The translations under genes were made by a program, and so were the position numbers. From assembly GCA_963726575.1 (NCBI GenBank), contig CAVSCR010000007.1:475555-539554 (forward strand): 64,000 bases of DNA, written 5' to 3'. This DNA comes from an uncultured Actinomycetota bacterium (lineage in GTDB: Bacteria; Actinomycetota; Actinomycetes; JAHEKZ01). A model generated the notes under the pieces. The model was not told the origin of the DNA, searched no databases, and worked only from the letters and a program-made list of their open reading frames with translations. How positions within the stretch are numbered: the stretch's first letter is position 1; each line of letters opens with the position of its first letter. This document shows, piece after piece, positions 52,298 to 61,110 of this stretch.

Positions 52298-53110
52298 TCA
52301 GCCCAAGCCCGGCGACAATGCCTGACGTGTCGCGGCGAGCACCACGTCGTCGCTGGCCATCCAGTAGTCGGCCGCGCTGATCTGCCACCCGGCAGCCAGC
52401 AGGACGGGGACTCCTGGATGCGGCCCCGGCAACGCGACGAACGCGCGCCCACCCACGGTGGTCAGCGCTGCCACCAAACTCGCCACGGCTGAGTCGTCGT
52501 CGCGAGCAGTGAAGTGGCACAGACCGTGGTGCTCCCCGTCACCGCCCAGGGCTCCCACGCCCACCACGTCACCTCTGGTGTCTCGCACGACAATGGCGCG
52601 TCCCCCGGCGTCGTGCACCCAGTACCGGTAGTCGTCGCTCCGGTCGACCCCCAGCCACTGCTGCTCCACCGCCACCACCTCGTCGACGCCCGGCTGCTCG
52701 ACGTCCAACGCGGCCGAGGGAAGTGCGGTCGGATCTCCGTGCAGCCACAGCAGCGGCCACCGTGGCGCCATGCCGGCGCGAACGTAGAGCGGCAGGGCAT
52801 GAGGATGCTGGCTGCTGAACGTCATACGCGGGCCGATCGGCCGGGTCCATGCGGCTTCCAGCAGTCGGCGGCCGACGCCCGCGCCGTGGTGCTCCGGATG
52901 GACGAACAGGTCGGTGACCATCTCGACTTCACCGACGAGGTGTGAGGCGGCGTACCCCACGACGGCGTCGTCGCGTCGGCCCACGACCACGCGCCCGTGG
53001 CTTCGAAGATGAGACAGGTAGCGCGGGTCGCCGCAGCCGCCCTCCATCTCGTCGACGAGCGCGGCGACCGCCGCGATGCCGGCAACGTCAGCATCGGCGG
53101 CCTCGGCCAC
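52298..53110 (-). CDS. GNAT family N-acetyltransferase
   Basis: GNAT core FVHPEHHGAGVGRRLLEAA. Start trimmed to the GTG at 53110 because the upstream in-frame extension overlaps the next gene. Confidence 0.6.
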   Translation of the reverse strand: MAEAADADVAGIAAVAALVDEMEGGCGDPRYLSHLRSHGRVVVGRRDDAVVGYAASHLVGEVEMVTDLFVHPEHHGAGVGRRLLEAAWTRPIGPRMTFSSQHPHALPLYVRAGMAPRWPLLWLHGDPTALPSAALDVEQPGVDEVVAVEQQWLGVDRSDDYRYWVHDAGGRAIVVRDTRGDVVGVGALGGDGEHHGLCHFTARDDDSAVASLVAALTTVGGRAFVALPGPHPGVPVLLAAGWQISAADYWMASDDVVLAATRQALSPGLG

Positions 53111-53144
53111 GTGCAGCGCTGGGTCGGTCAAGGGCGCGGGCGGC

Positions 53145-53603
53145 TCAGCCGCCCCACGGCCACCACCACGACTGCACCCAGACCCGGCGCGCCACGGTGT
53201 CCTGTTCGCGACAGGTGGCCTTCTGCGGGGTGCGGGCATAGGTGCGTCCACCGTTCGCCCGCCACAGCGACTCGCTCATCTGCCACTTCCCGAGGAACCG
53301 TCCGTCCCGGCTGACCGCGGTGCAGACGTTGTGTGACTCCCGCCACGCGATTCGCTTGCCGTGCCGGGACGCCTGCCACTGGGCGAGGGTGATGGTCTTG
53401 CGGAAGGTGATCGACTTCTGCGCCTTGCTGGTGACGGTGACGTCGGACACGACGGGTGCATGAGCGGGGGAACTGTGCGGTCCCGACAGTGCTGGGGCCG
53501 CCACGGCCAACGGCGCACCCAAGAGAGCACCACAGACAGCACCGGCCAGGACCGGAGCAGCCACCCACGATCGGGCGCGCGAGGGCCACGTCAGAACCAG
53601 CAA
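53145..53603 (-). CDS. Secreted transglycosylase-like (Rpf-like) domain protein
   Basis: Signal peptide, then WRESHNV...GKWQMSESLWRANGG, which resembles the Rpf/transglycosylase-like core (QFSQSTW...GG). Confidence 0.5.
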   Translation of the reverse strand: MLVLTWPSRARSWVAAPVLAGAVCGALLGAPLAVAAPALSGPHSSPAHAPVVSDVTVTSKAQKSITFRKTITLAQWQASRHGKRIAWRESHNVCTAVSRDGRFLGKWQMSESLWRANGGRTYARTPQKATCREQDTVARRVWVQSWWWPWGG

Positions 53604-53736
53604 GACGAAACCCCCAGGTCGGCGTCTCCCCAGACCCTAGCCAGACCGATTCGGCGGACGTCAAGCCGAACTCACCGGGACGAACCGGTACAAAGCGGCT
53701 GGGATCGGGCGTCAAGATCTCCCAAGTCGGCGCTCG

Positions 53737-56037
53737 TCAGGGCGTCAGGACCAGTGACCACGCCAGCTGGCTGCCGGAGGGCTGGTCGGTGCTGGCGGCG
53801 GTGCCCGGCACACTGCCGGGCGCGGCGGGGCCGGCGATGTCACCGATCAGGGCGTCGATGTGACCGCCACCGGTGCCGTCCGACGTCGAGCGCGCCGTCA
53901 TTCCGCTCGGGGTGATCCACCTGGTGGCGCTGGACGAACGGCTCGACCAGTACGACACCACCCACGACCCGGGGGTCGTGACGGTGGTGGCGGGGGTAGC
54001 GAACGTCGTCAGACTCGAGCTGCCGGTGCGGGCCACCGCGCTCGCCAACGGACCGGCGGCGTTGGTTCCGGAGTAGGCCAGCAGCTGCACCGTGGCCTTC
54101 GTCAACTGCGTCCCGAACGACACGGTCACGCTGTTCCCGGGGTCACTGCCGGTGGCAACGCGCTGCCACACGGTGCTGTACATGGTCGAGCTGCTCGCGG
54201 TCTTCACCACCTGCCATCCACTCGGGGCGGTCTGCGGTGTGGCTGTTGCGCTCGTGGCCACCAGGAGCAGGCCGTTACCTGCGCTCACGCTGGCCGGGAT
54301 CGTGATGGTCTGTGCCTTCGCATTTGCTGCGCTGGCGGTTGACGCAACGAATCGGATCCCGTTCCCCGGCGCGACCACGGTGACGTTGTGAGTGGTGGTC
54401 GTGACGTCGCCGCTCGAGTCGGTGATCGACAGCACCACGGCGTAGGTGCCGGGCGCCGCGAAGGTGTGGGACGTGGTGATGCCGGATCCCGCATTCACGT
54501 CACCGAAGTCCCAGGAGTAACCGGTCACGCTCGCCCCTGGGGCCGTCGAGGTCGAGGCGTCGAAGCTGCACGTCAGAGCACTGCACGACGACGTGAACGC
54601 GGCCGTCGCCGACACCACCGTGAGCTGCTGGCTCGTGGTCGCTGTGGCGCCGAGCCCGTCGCCGACGGTGACCGTGACGACGTAGGTGCCACCACTGGTG
54701 TAGTGGTGCGGGACCGAGGGCACGTCGGTGGTCTGCTGGCCCGTGCCGTCGCCGAAGTCCCACTGGTATGACGTGATGCCCGCAAGCGTTGAGCCGCTTG
54801 CATCAGCTGTGCAGTGCAGCAGGAGACACGAGACGGTCAAGGCCGCCTGGCTGGGCGGTGCGACCGTCACGATCTGTGACGCCGATGCGACCTGACCGTC
54901 GCCATCGGTCACGGTCAGCGAGGCGGAGTAGCTGCCGGCGTCGGTGTACGTGTGGGTGACAACAGCACCGCTTTGCGGTGGGCTCCCGTCCCCGAAGTCC
55001 CAGTCGTAGGACGACAGAGCTGTGCCCTGGGAGCCGGAGCCGTCGAAGGTGCACGTCAGGCCGCTGCACTGCGTGGAGATGTGAGCCGTCGGCGTGGCGG
55101 GTCCGGCCAGACCGAAGTCGGCGAGCAGGTCCGGTGCGCTGGAGGCCAGGCCCAGCTCGCTGACACCGAGCAGGTCCTCGGTGGCCCGCAACGTCGAGTA
55201 CTGCGTCAGCTTGCGGGTCGACGTCGTCCCGACGCTGTACGGGCTGATCACCAGCAGCGGGATGTGGCAGGACTGACTGGTGCTGTTCGTGCAGTCGACG
55301 CCCTTCAAGGTGCCGGCCGCTGAGCCTTCGTCGAACGTGACGATGACGACGGTCGAGCCCGAGGTGAACTCCGGGCTGTTCAGGACGGCAGGAAGGTTCG
55401 CGGACAACCACGAGTCGCCAGTGGCGATGCTGCCGCTGTGCATGTCGTTGGCAAGGTTCGGCGAGATGAACGAGAACGCCGGCAGGGTGTGGTTGGCCAA
55501 GTCGGTCGCGAGCTGGGTGTAGTTCACGTCGTTCGCCTTGCAGCTGTCCGGCGTGATGTCGGTGAAGTACAGCGCGGGGTTGTGGCGCGGCACGTACAGA
55601 CCACCGGAGTCCTGAACCCGGCGACAGGGCGTAGTCATGGACTCCTGGTACGCCCGCCAACTGCTCACCTGGGTGAACAGGTCGGGACCCGGCTTGGTGC
55701 ATGTGGTGCAGTCGGTGGCGGGAAGTTGAGCCAGAGGGAGCCCCGACAGGCCACCGATGTAGTTCGGCGCGCTCGGGTGGGTGATGCCCCACGCATTGGT
55801 GGCGGAGCCGTACTGGTTGGCCAGCGAGTTGAGGTACGGGGCCGACGACGACCCGATCACGTCGTTGTAGGAGCGGTTCTCCATCCAGACCCAGACGACG
55901 TGCTGGATCCCGCTGCGCGCCGCACCGGTCGTCGCAGCCCGCGCCACCGAGGTGGCAGTCAGCGCCCCCATCATGGAGACGACGGCCAGGGCGGACACCA
56001 CGATCGTGAGCAACGCAAGCCGGGCGGGCCTGGCCAA
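53737..56037 (-). CDS. Secreted phosphoesterase (phospholipase C / acid phosphatase family, PF04185-like) with four PKD domains and a C-terminal beta-rich domain
   Basis: Signal peptide, HVVWVWMENRSYNDV...HPSAPNY phosphoesterase motifs, then 4 repeats of the PKD consensus (YSWDFGDGS.../YQWDFGDGT...). Confidence 0.75.
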   Translation of the reverse strand: MARPARLALLTIVVSALAVVSMMGALTATSVARAATTGAARSGIQHVVWVWMENRSYNDVIGSSSAPYLNSLANQYGSATNAWGITHPSAPNYIGGLSGLPLAQLPATDCTTCTKPGPDLFTQVSSWRAYQESMTTPCRRVQDSGGLYVPRHNPALYFTDITPDSCKANDVNYTQLATDLANHTLPAFSFISPNLANDMHSGSIATGDSWLSANLPAVLNSPEFTSGSTVVIVTFDEGSAAGTLKGVDCTNSTSQSCHIPLLVISPYSVGTTSTRKLTQYSTLRATEDLLGVSELGLASSAPDLLADFGLAGPATPTAHISTQCSGLTCTFDGSGSQGTALSSYDWDFGDGSPPQSGAVVTHTYTDAGSYSASLTVTDGDGQVASASQIVTVAPPSQAALTVSCLLLHCTADASGSTLAGITSYQWDFGDGTGQQTTDVPSVPHHYTSGGTYVVTVTVGDGLGATATTSQQLTVVSATAAFTSSCSALTCSFDASTSTAPGASVTGYSWDFGDVNAGSGITTSHTFAAPGTYAVVLSITDSSGDVTTTTHNVTVVAPGNGIRFVASTASAANAKAQTITIPASVSAGNGLLLVATSATATPQTAPSGWQVVKTASSSTMYSTVWQRVATGSDPGNSVTVSFGTQLTKATVQLLAYSGTNAAGPLASAVARTGSSSLTTFATPATTVTTPGSWVVSYWSSRSSSATRWITPSGMTARSTSDGTGGGHIDALIGDIAGPAAPGSVPGTAASTDQPSGSQLAWSLVLTP

Positions 56038-56198
56038 CCGATCCCCTCCGGGCCCCCCCAGAGCTATGAGTCATGCGGCCTGGCGCGACTCACGTCCCGG
56101 CCGACACTGGCACCCTGCCACACATCGACGGGGTCGCGAACCACGGCGATCCCTCGCTGACGAGATAGATCGCCCGCTCCACGACAAAGATCGCCGAC

Positions 56199-56221
56199 CC
56201 TGTAGCAGGGTCGGCGCTGTA
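56199..56221. terminator. Perfect 10-bp inverted repeat GCCGACCCTG-tag-CAGGGTCGGC (candidate terminator for the small repeat gene, or 5'-UTR structure of the phosphoesterase gene)
   Basis: Read directly from the sequence. On the minus strand it is followed by GCGATCTTTGTCG. Confidence 0.3.
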
Positions 56222-56347
56222 ATGCAGTCGACGGACCGCCCGCGCCGGTGCCGGGAGCGGCTGGCGGTGAGGCTCGCCACTCCCGGCTACCGCGCGACCA
56301 CTCCGCTGCGGACGGCTACGACGGCACCGTCGCAGAGGTTTGGTCTG

Positions 56348-56689
56348 TCAGTGGTTGTGCGAGAACCGGTGACCTTCGACGTCGGGGTTGTCGTCGTCGG
56401 AGTCGGCCGGGTGCCACCGGCGGTGGTGACCTTCGACGTCCAGTTCCTCTGTGTCGCCGTCGTCGGGACGGTGTGCGATGCGGTGGCCTTCGACGTCCAG
56501 CTCTTCGGTGCCGTCGTCGGGACGGTGTGCGATGCGGTGGCCTTCGACGTCCAGCTCTTCGGTGCCGTCGTCGGGACGGTGTGCGATGCGGTGGCCTTCG
56601 ACGTCCAGCTCTTCGGTGCCGTCGTCGGGACGGTGTGCGATGCGATGGCCTTCGACGTCCAGGTCGTTCCGCTCGGGTGTGTCGTTCAT
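56348..56689 (-). CDS. Small acidic histidine-rich tandem-repeat protein (six D-V-E-G-H motifs, predicted intrinsically disordered)
   Basis: ATG at 56689 with a GAAGGAG Shine-Dalgarno 6 nt upstream. Product MNDTPERNDLDVEGHRIAHRPDDGTEE(x4)...DVEGHRFSHNH. The ORF track starts 15 codons earlier. Confidence 0.55.
   Translation of the reverse strand: MNDTPERNDLDVEGHRIAHRPDDGTEELDVEGHRIAHRPDDGTEELDVEGHRIAHRPDDGTEELDVEGHRIAHRPDDGDTEELDVEGHHRRWHPADSDDDNPDVEGHRFSHNH
56424..56680. repeat. Tandem 54-bp direct repeats (3 perfect copies at 56482-56643, with degenerate copies on each side) inside the small His-rich gene
   Basis: Unit GGTGGCCTTCGACGTCCAGCTCTTCGGTGCCGTCGTCGGGACGGTGTGCGATGC repeats head-to-tail with 100% identity. 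Confidence 0.9.
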
Positions 56690-56717
56690 GTCGTACTCCT
56701 TCGGGTGGTCGCGCGCG

Positions 56718-56736
56718 GTGTGCGTGCGGGTCACAC
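56718..56736. promoter_or_regulatory. CRP/FNR-like palindrome GTGTGcgtgcgggtCACAC in the divergent intergenic region
   Basis: TGTG-N9-CACA is one nt longer than the canonical TGTGA-N6-TCACA. A Crp/Fnr-family regulator gene is 1.6 kb away. Confidence 0.3.
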
Positions 56737-56886
56737 GATCCCCGTGTGGGCGCTGCAGGTCCGCAAGGCGGATGACACCGTGAACGTCGGCTGGCTGACA
56801 GTCCCGACGATAGCCCGAAGTGACCGTGCCCGCTGCGGGCTTTCGCCTTCCTTCGCCATACTGCCCACCAACTGAAGGAGAAGGCG

Positions 56887-57516
56887 ATGGAACCGACCAG
56901 GGTCAGCGATGACACGTTCGCCACGCCGGAGTGGGCGGCCGCCCCTGACCTGCCGCCGCTCGTGGCCCGGCTGCTCGGCACGGTAGGGCCCCTCCTGGGG
57001 GCGGCCGCGTGCTCGGTGGCCCTCGTCGAGCGGGGCCGGGCGCTGCGGTTCATCGCCGCAACGGGCAAGGGGGCCCGGGACATCGTCGGCCAGTCGATGC
57101 CCACCGATCGGGGGGTGGCGGGCTGGGCGGTCACCACCGGTCAGGCCATCAGCGTGGGAGACGTCGAGTCCGACGCCCGCTTCCACCGCGACCTCGCCGA
57201 GTCCACCGGCTACGTGCCGCGCCAGATCACCGCGGTGCCGATCATGGGCGACGACGACGCCATGGGCGTCCTGGAGGTGCTCGACGGTGACCACGCGCAG
57301 ATGACGTCGCCGGCCGGCACCGCTGCGTTGCACGGGCTGGTGGCCACTACGGCCGACCTGATCGCCACGCTGGGGACCGGTTCGTCGAACTCGGCCAGCC
57401 AACGGTCGCTGACTGAGGCATTGGCTCGGCTCGACGACGCAGATCCCGACCTGGTGGAGCACCTCAGCGCCGTCATCCAAGCCCTGTCAGGTGGCCGCGG
57501 GGGATATCGCCGATGA
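56887..57516 (+). CDS. GAF domain protein
   Basis: GAF fold pattern (RGRALRFIAATGKGARDIVGQSMPTDRGVAGWAVTTGQAISVGDVESDARF). Shine-Dalgarno GAAGGAGAAGG upstream. ATGA overlap with the S8 gene. Confidence 0.75.
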   Translation: MEPTRVSDDTFATPEWAAAPDLPPLVARLLGTVGPLLGAAACSVALVERGRALRFIAATGKGARDIVGQSMPTDRGVAGWAVTTGQAISVGDVESDARFHRDLAESTGYVPRQITAVPIMGDDDAMGVLEVLDGDHAQMTSPAGTAALHGLVATTADLIATLGTGSSNSASQRSLTEALARLDDADPDLVEHLSAVIQALSGGRGGYRR

Positions 57517-58325
57517 TGCCCCACGGCGCCGACGGCATGGCCGCGGCGTTGGCCCAGCACGTTCCCACGCTCCCCATGGCCAGTCCGGCCTGGGAGTGGG
57601 CGACGCAGGGTGCCACCGGCGCCGGCATCACCGTGGGCATCATCGACAGCGGGATCGACCCCAAGCACGCCGATGTAGGGCCGATCAGCCGCTCGCTCCT
57701 GGCCACCCGCGACGACTCCGGTGAGGTCGTGGTGGTGGACGACGAGGAAGCCGTGGACGTGGTCGGGCACGGCACCGCCTGCGCCGCCATCATCCGGGGG
57801 CTGGCGCCAGAGGTTGAGCTCGTGTCGATCCGCGTGCTCAACGACGACCTCAAGGGTCATGCGCGCATGTTCGCGGCCGGCCTCGACTGGGCAGTGGAGA
57901 ATGGCATTTCGGTCGTGAACCTCAGCCTCAGCACCTCCAACGACGCCTGGTTCGCCTCCTTCCACGACCTCGCCGACCAGGCGTACTTCGCCGGCACCGT
58001 CCTGGTTGGCGCGCTCAACAACGTGCCGCGACCGAGCTTTCCCACCGAGTACGCGGCCGTGGTGTCGGTGGCGTCCCTGCCCGACAACGACGCCGGCCCG
58101 CTGGCGTACAACCCGAAGGGTCCGGCTGAGTTCGGAGCACCCGGCCTCGACGTCCGGGTGGCCTGGCTGGATGGTGGCCACGCCACGGTCACGGGCAACA
58201 GCTTCGCGTCGCCCTACGTGGCCGGGCTGGTGGCCCAGATGCGCAGCAAGCACCCGTGGCTCCAGCCGTTCCAGGTGAAAGCCGTGCTGCAGGCCATGGC
58301 GGTCAACGCCACGGCCGCCCCCTGA
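57513..58325 (+). CDS. Minimal intracellular S8 (subtilisin-like) serine peptidase, no signal peptide or pro-domain
   Basis: Catalytic triad contexts GIIDSGID (Asp), VGHGTACAAI (His) and TGNSFASPYVAG (Ser). 270 aa. Confidence 0.85.
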   Translation: MMPHGADGMAAALAQHVPTLPMASPAWEWATQGATGAGITVGIIDSGIDPKHADVGPISRSLLATRDDSGEVVVVDDEEAVDVVGHGTACAAIIRGLAPEVELVSIRVLNDDLKGHARMFAAGLDWAVENGISVVNLSLSTSNDAWFASFHDLADQAYFAGTVLVGALNNVPRPSFPTEYAAVVSVASLPDNDAGPLAYNPKGPAEFGAPGLDVRVAWLDGGHATVTGNSFASPYVAGLVAQMRSKHPWLQPFQVKAVLQAMAVNATAAP

Positions 58326-58340
58326 GGCGTCCTCGCTTCG

Positions 58341-59003
58341 CTACCAGCCGGTGCGTTGGCGCAGGCCGGGCGGGTCGAGGATCTCGACCCTTCCCCGCGC
58401 GAGTCGGACCAGTCCCAGCTCCTCCAGCCGACGCAGCGCCTGGTTCGCCGTCGGTCGGGTCGTCCCGGCCAGCCCGGCCACGTCATCTTGGGTCAGCGGC
58501 ACGATCACGGGGACGCCGTCGTCGATGTACAGCCGGCCGACCTCGTACAACCGACGGGCCACCCGGCGGTCGACCGACACGAAGTGCGCCTCGGCCACCA
58601 GGCCGCTCAGGCGCTCGGCGCGAAGCGCGAGCAGCCGTAGGAACATGTCACTGACCTCGGGATAGGCGTGGCGCAACTCGTGGAAGGCGTCCTTGCGCAG
58701 CGTCAACGTCTCCACGGCCTCCAGCGCGACGATCGTGGCGGTGCGCTCGGCCCGGTCGATGAACAGAGCCATCTCGCCGAACACCTCACCTGGACCCATG
58801 ACCGACAACGTCACCGTCTCGCCGCGCACCGTCGAGACCCGGGCGGCGACGCGTCCGGTCTGGATGAGATGGACGACGTCTCCCGGGTCGCCCTCGTGGC
58901 AGACCACTTCACCGCGCGCGAACCGCCGGGGTCGACCGGCCTGCACGAGTGCGTCGCGCGCCGCGTCCGGCAACCCACTCGCGGCGTGCGGCGCGGTGGA
59001 CAT
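58341..59003 (-). CDS. Crp/Fnr family transcriptional regulator
   Basis: cNMP-binding domain (GEVFGEMALF) plus a C-terminal HTH (DVAGLAGTTRPTANQALRRLEELGLV). Confidence 0.8.
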   Translation of the reverse strand: MSTAPHAASGLPDAARDALVQAGRPRRFARGEVVCHEGDPGDVVHLIQTGRVAARVSTVRGETVTLSVMGPGEVFGEMALFIDRAERTATIVALEAVETLTLRKDAFHELRHAYPEVSDMFLRLLALRAERLSGLVAEAHFVSVDRRVARRLYEVGRLYIDDGVPVIVPLTQDDVAGLAGTTRPTANQALRRLEELGLVRLARGRVEILDPPGLRQRTGW

Positions 59004-59233
59004 AGGGGCAGATTACTGGCGTCGACCTTCGGCCAAGGCTGGATCGGCATCCCGGTGTGCGGCGCCTGGCCCCCCCGGTCGAGTCCACGGGAGTGAAGTG
59101 TGAAGCGGTCACCAGTTCGGACAGTCCCGTCCGGGGGCGACGAACCTCCCACAGGCAGCGCCGGGTCGCCCGAGAGCCGTTCGAGGCGATGGTGAACGTC
59201 AGGTTCCGGTCGCGGGCCAAGCCCGATCTTGAC

Positions 59234-60085
59234 TCAGACGAGCGGGAGGGCGGCCGCGAGGGCCTCGTCCCACGGTCGCATCGGAGGCAGCCCGGCCCGG
59301 GCCCAGCCGGCGTGGCCGAGTACCGACCACGTCGGCCGTGGTGCCGGCCGCGGGTACTCCTGCGTCGTGCAGGGGACGACATGCGTGGTCGTGTCACCGG
59401 CGTACCGCAGCACCGCCTCGGCCAGGCCGTGCCACGTCGTCGCACCGGCGTTCGTCGCGTGGTAGGTCCCAGGCGGGGCGTCCACCTCGACGACGTCGAC
59501 GATGCGGTGCGCCAGGTCCACCGTCCAAGTGGGCTGGCCGTGCTGGTCGTCGACGACCCGCAGCTCGTCCCGCTCGGCGGCGAGCCGTCGGATCGTCGCG
59601 ACGAAGTTGGGCCCGTGCCACCCGTAGAGCCACGCGGTGCGCAACACCCACGAGCGGTCGGGCAGCTCGGCTCGGACGGCCCACTCCCCGGCGGCCTTCG
59701 TCCGCCCGTACGCGGTCCGCGGGTCCTGCGGCGCGTCCTCGGGGTACGGGGCGACGGCCTGCCCAGCAAACACGTAGTCGGTGGAGAGCTGGAGCAGCCG
59801 GGCTCCGGTTGCCCGGCACGCCCGGGCCAGCAGAGCCGGCCCGACGGCGTTCACCCGGAACGCAGCAGCCTCGGCAGCTTCGGCGCCGTCGACGTCGGTC
59901 CATGCGGCGGCGTTCACCACCACGTCCACGCCAAGCACCGCGTCGCCCACCTGCGCCTCATCGGTGACGTCGAGGGTGGCGCGGTCGGCCGCCCGGGCAT
60001 CGTCGAGTGGGCGCCGGTCGGCGAGCACGGCCAGCAGGTCGGTGCCGAGCATCCCGCCGGCACCGGTGACGAGCCAGCGCGTCAC
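59234..60085 (-). CDS. rmlD: dTDP-4-dehydrorhamnose reductase
   Basis: RmlD pattern (LVTGAGGMLG ... STDYVF ... YGRTK). GTGA overlap with the rmlB stop. Confidence 0.85.
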   Translation of the reverse strand: MTRWLVTGAGGMLGTDLLAVLADRRPLDDARAADRATLDVTDEAQVGDAVLGVDVVVNAAAWTDVDGAEAAEAAAFRVNAVGPALLARACRATGARLLQLSTDYVFAGQAVAPYPEDAPQDPRTAYGRTKAAGEWAVRAELPDRSWVLRTAWLYGWHGPNFVATIRRLAAERDELRVVDDQHGQPTWTVDLAHRIVDVVEVDAPPGTYHATNAGATTWHGLAEAVLRYAGDTTTHVVPCTTQEYPRPAPRPTWSVLGHAGWARAGLPPMRPWDEALAAALPLV

Positions 60086-61077
60086 GAGCCCACGAGCGCC
60101 GCGCGCGCCTTCAACGGCTCCCACCAGTCTCGATGCTCCTGGTACCAGGCGACGGTCGCGGCAAGCCCGGCGCCGAAGGTGACCTGCGGCCGGTAGCCGA
60201 GCTCGTCGGCGATCTTGGAGATGTCGACCGAATAGCGCAGGTCGTGGCCGAGGCGGTCATCGACATGGCGCACGCGCTCCCAGCCCGCGCCCACCGCGGC
60301 GAGCAGGCGCTCGGTCAGCTCCCGGTTGGACAGCTCGGTGCCGCCACCGATGTTGTAGACCTCGCCGGGCCGGCCGGCATCCGCAACGAGTTGCACCCCC
60401 CGGCAGTGGTCGTCGACGTGGAGCCAGTCGCGGACGTTCCGGCCGTCGCCGTAGAGGGGGACGGTGCCGCCGTCGAGGAGGTTCGTCACGAACAGCGGGA
60501 TGACCTTCTCGGGGAACTGGTAGGGCCCGTAGTTGTTGGAGCAGCGGGTGACGACGACGGGAAGCCCGAAGGTGCGGTGGTAGGCCAGGGCGACGAGGTC
60601 GGAGGAGGCCTTGCTGGCCGCATACGGCGAGTTCGGCGACACCGGGTGCGTCTCTGGCCAGGAGCCAGCCTCGATCGAGCCGTACACCTCGTCGGTGGAC
60701 ACGTGCACGAACCGGGCGACGTCGTGGCGGCAGGCGGCGTCGAGGAGAGTCTGGGTGCCCAGGACGTTGGTGAGGACGAAGTCGGCGGCGCCGGTGATGG
60801 AGCGGTCGACGTGGGACTCCGCGGCGAAGTGCACGACGACATCGGCACCGGCCAGGACGTCTTCGACGCAGGCCGGGTCGCAGATGTCGCCCTCGACGAA
60901 CGTCAGCCGGGGGTCGTCGGCAACTGGGTCGAGATTGGCGCGGACGCCGGCATAGGTGAGCTTGTCGATTACGGTGAGGGCGCTGGGCGCGGCGGGGGTG
61001 GCCATGCGGCCATCGAGGAGCATGCGGACGTAATTCGAGCCGATGAAGCCCGCACCACCGGTCACGACGTAGCGCAC
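60082..61077 (-). CDS. rmlB: dTDP-glucose 4,6-dehydratase
   Basis: YVVTGGAGFIGSNYV, HFAAESHVDRS and YAASKA motifs. The start is an internal GTG of a longer track ORF. Confidence 0.85.
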   Translation of the reverse strand: MRYVVTGGAGFIGSNYVRMLLDGRMATPAAPSALTVIDKLTYAGVRANLDPVADDPRLTFVEGDICDPACVEDVLAGADVVVHFAAESHVDRSITGAADFVLTNVLGTQTLLDAACRHDVARFVHVSTDEVYGSIEAGSWPETHPVSPNSPYAASKASSDLVALAYHRTFGLPVVVTRCSNNYGPYQFPEKVIPLFVTNLLDGGTVPLYGDGRNVRDWLHVDDHCRGVQLVADAGRPGEVYNIGGGTELSNRELTERLLAAVGAGWERVRHVDDRLGHDLRYSVDISKIADELGYRPQVTFGAGLAATVAWYQEHRDWWEPLKARAALVGS

Positions 61078-61110
61078 CGGCCCAGTCTGACACGAGGCCA
61101 CGGTTAAGGT

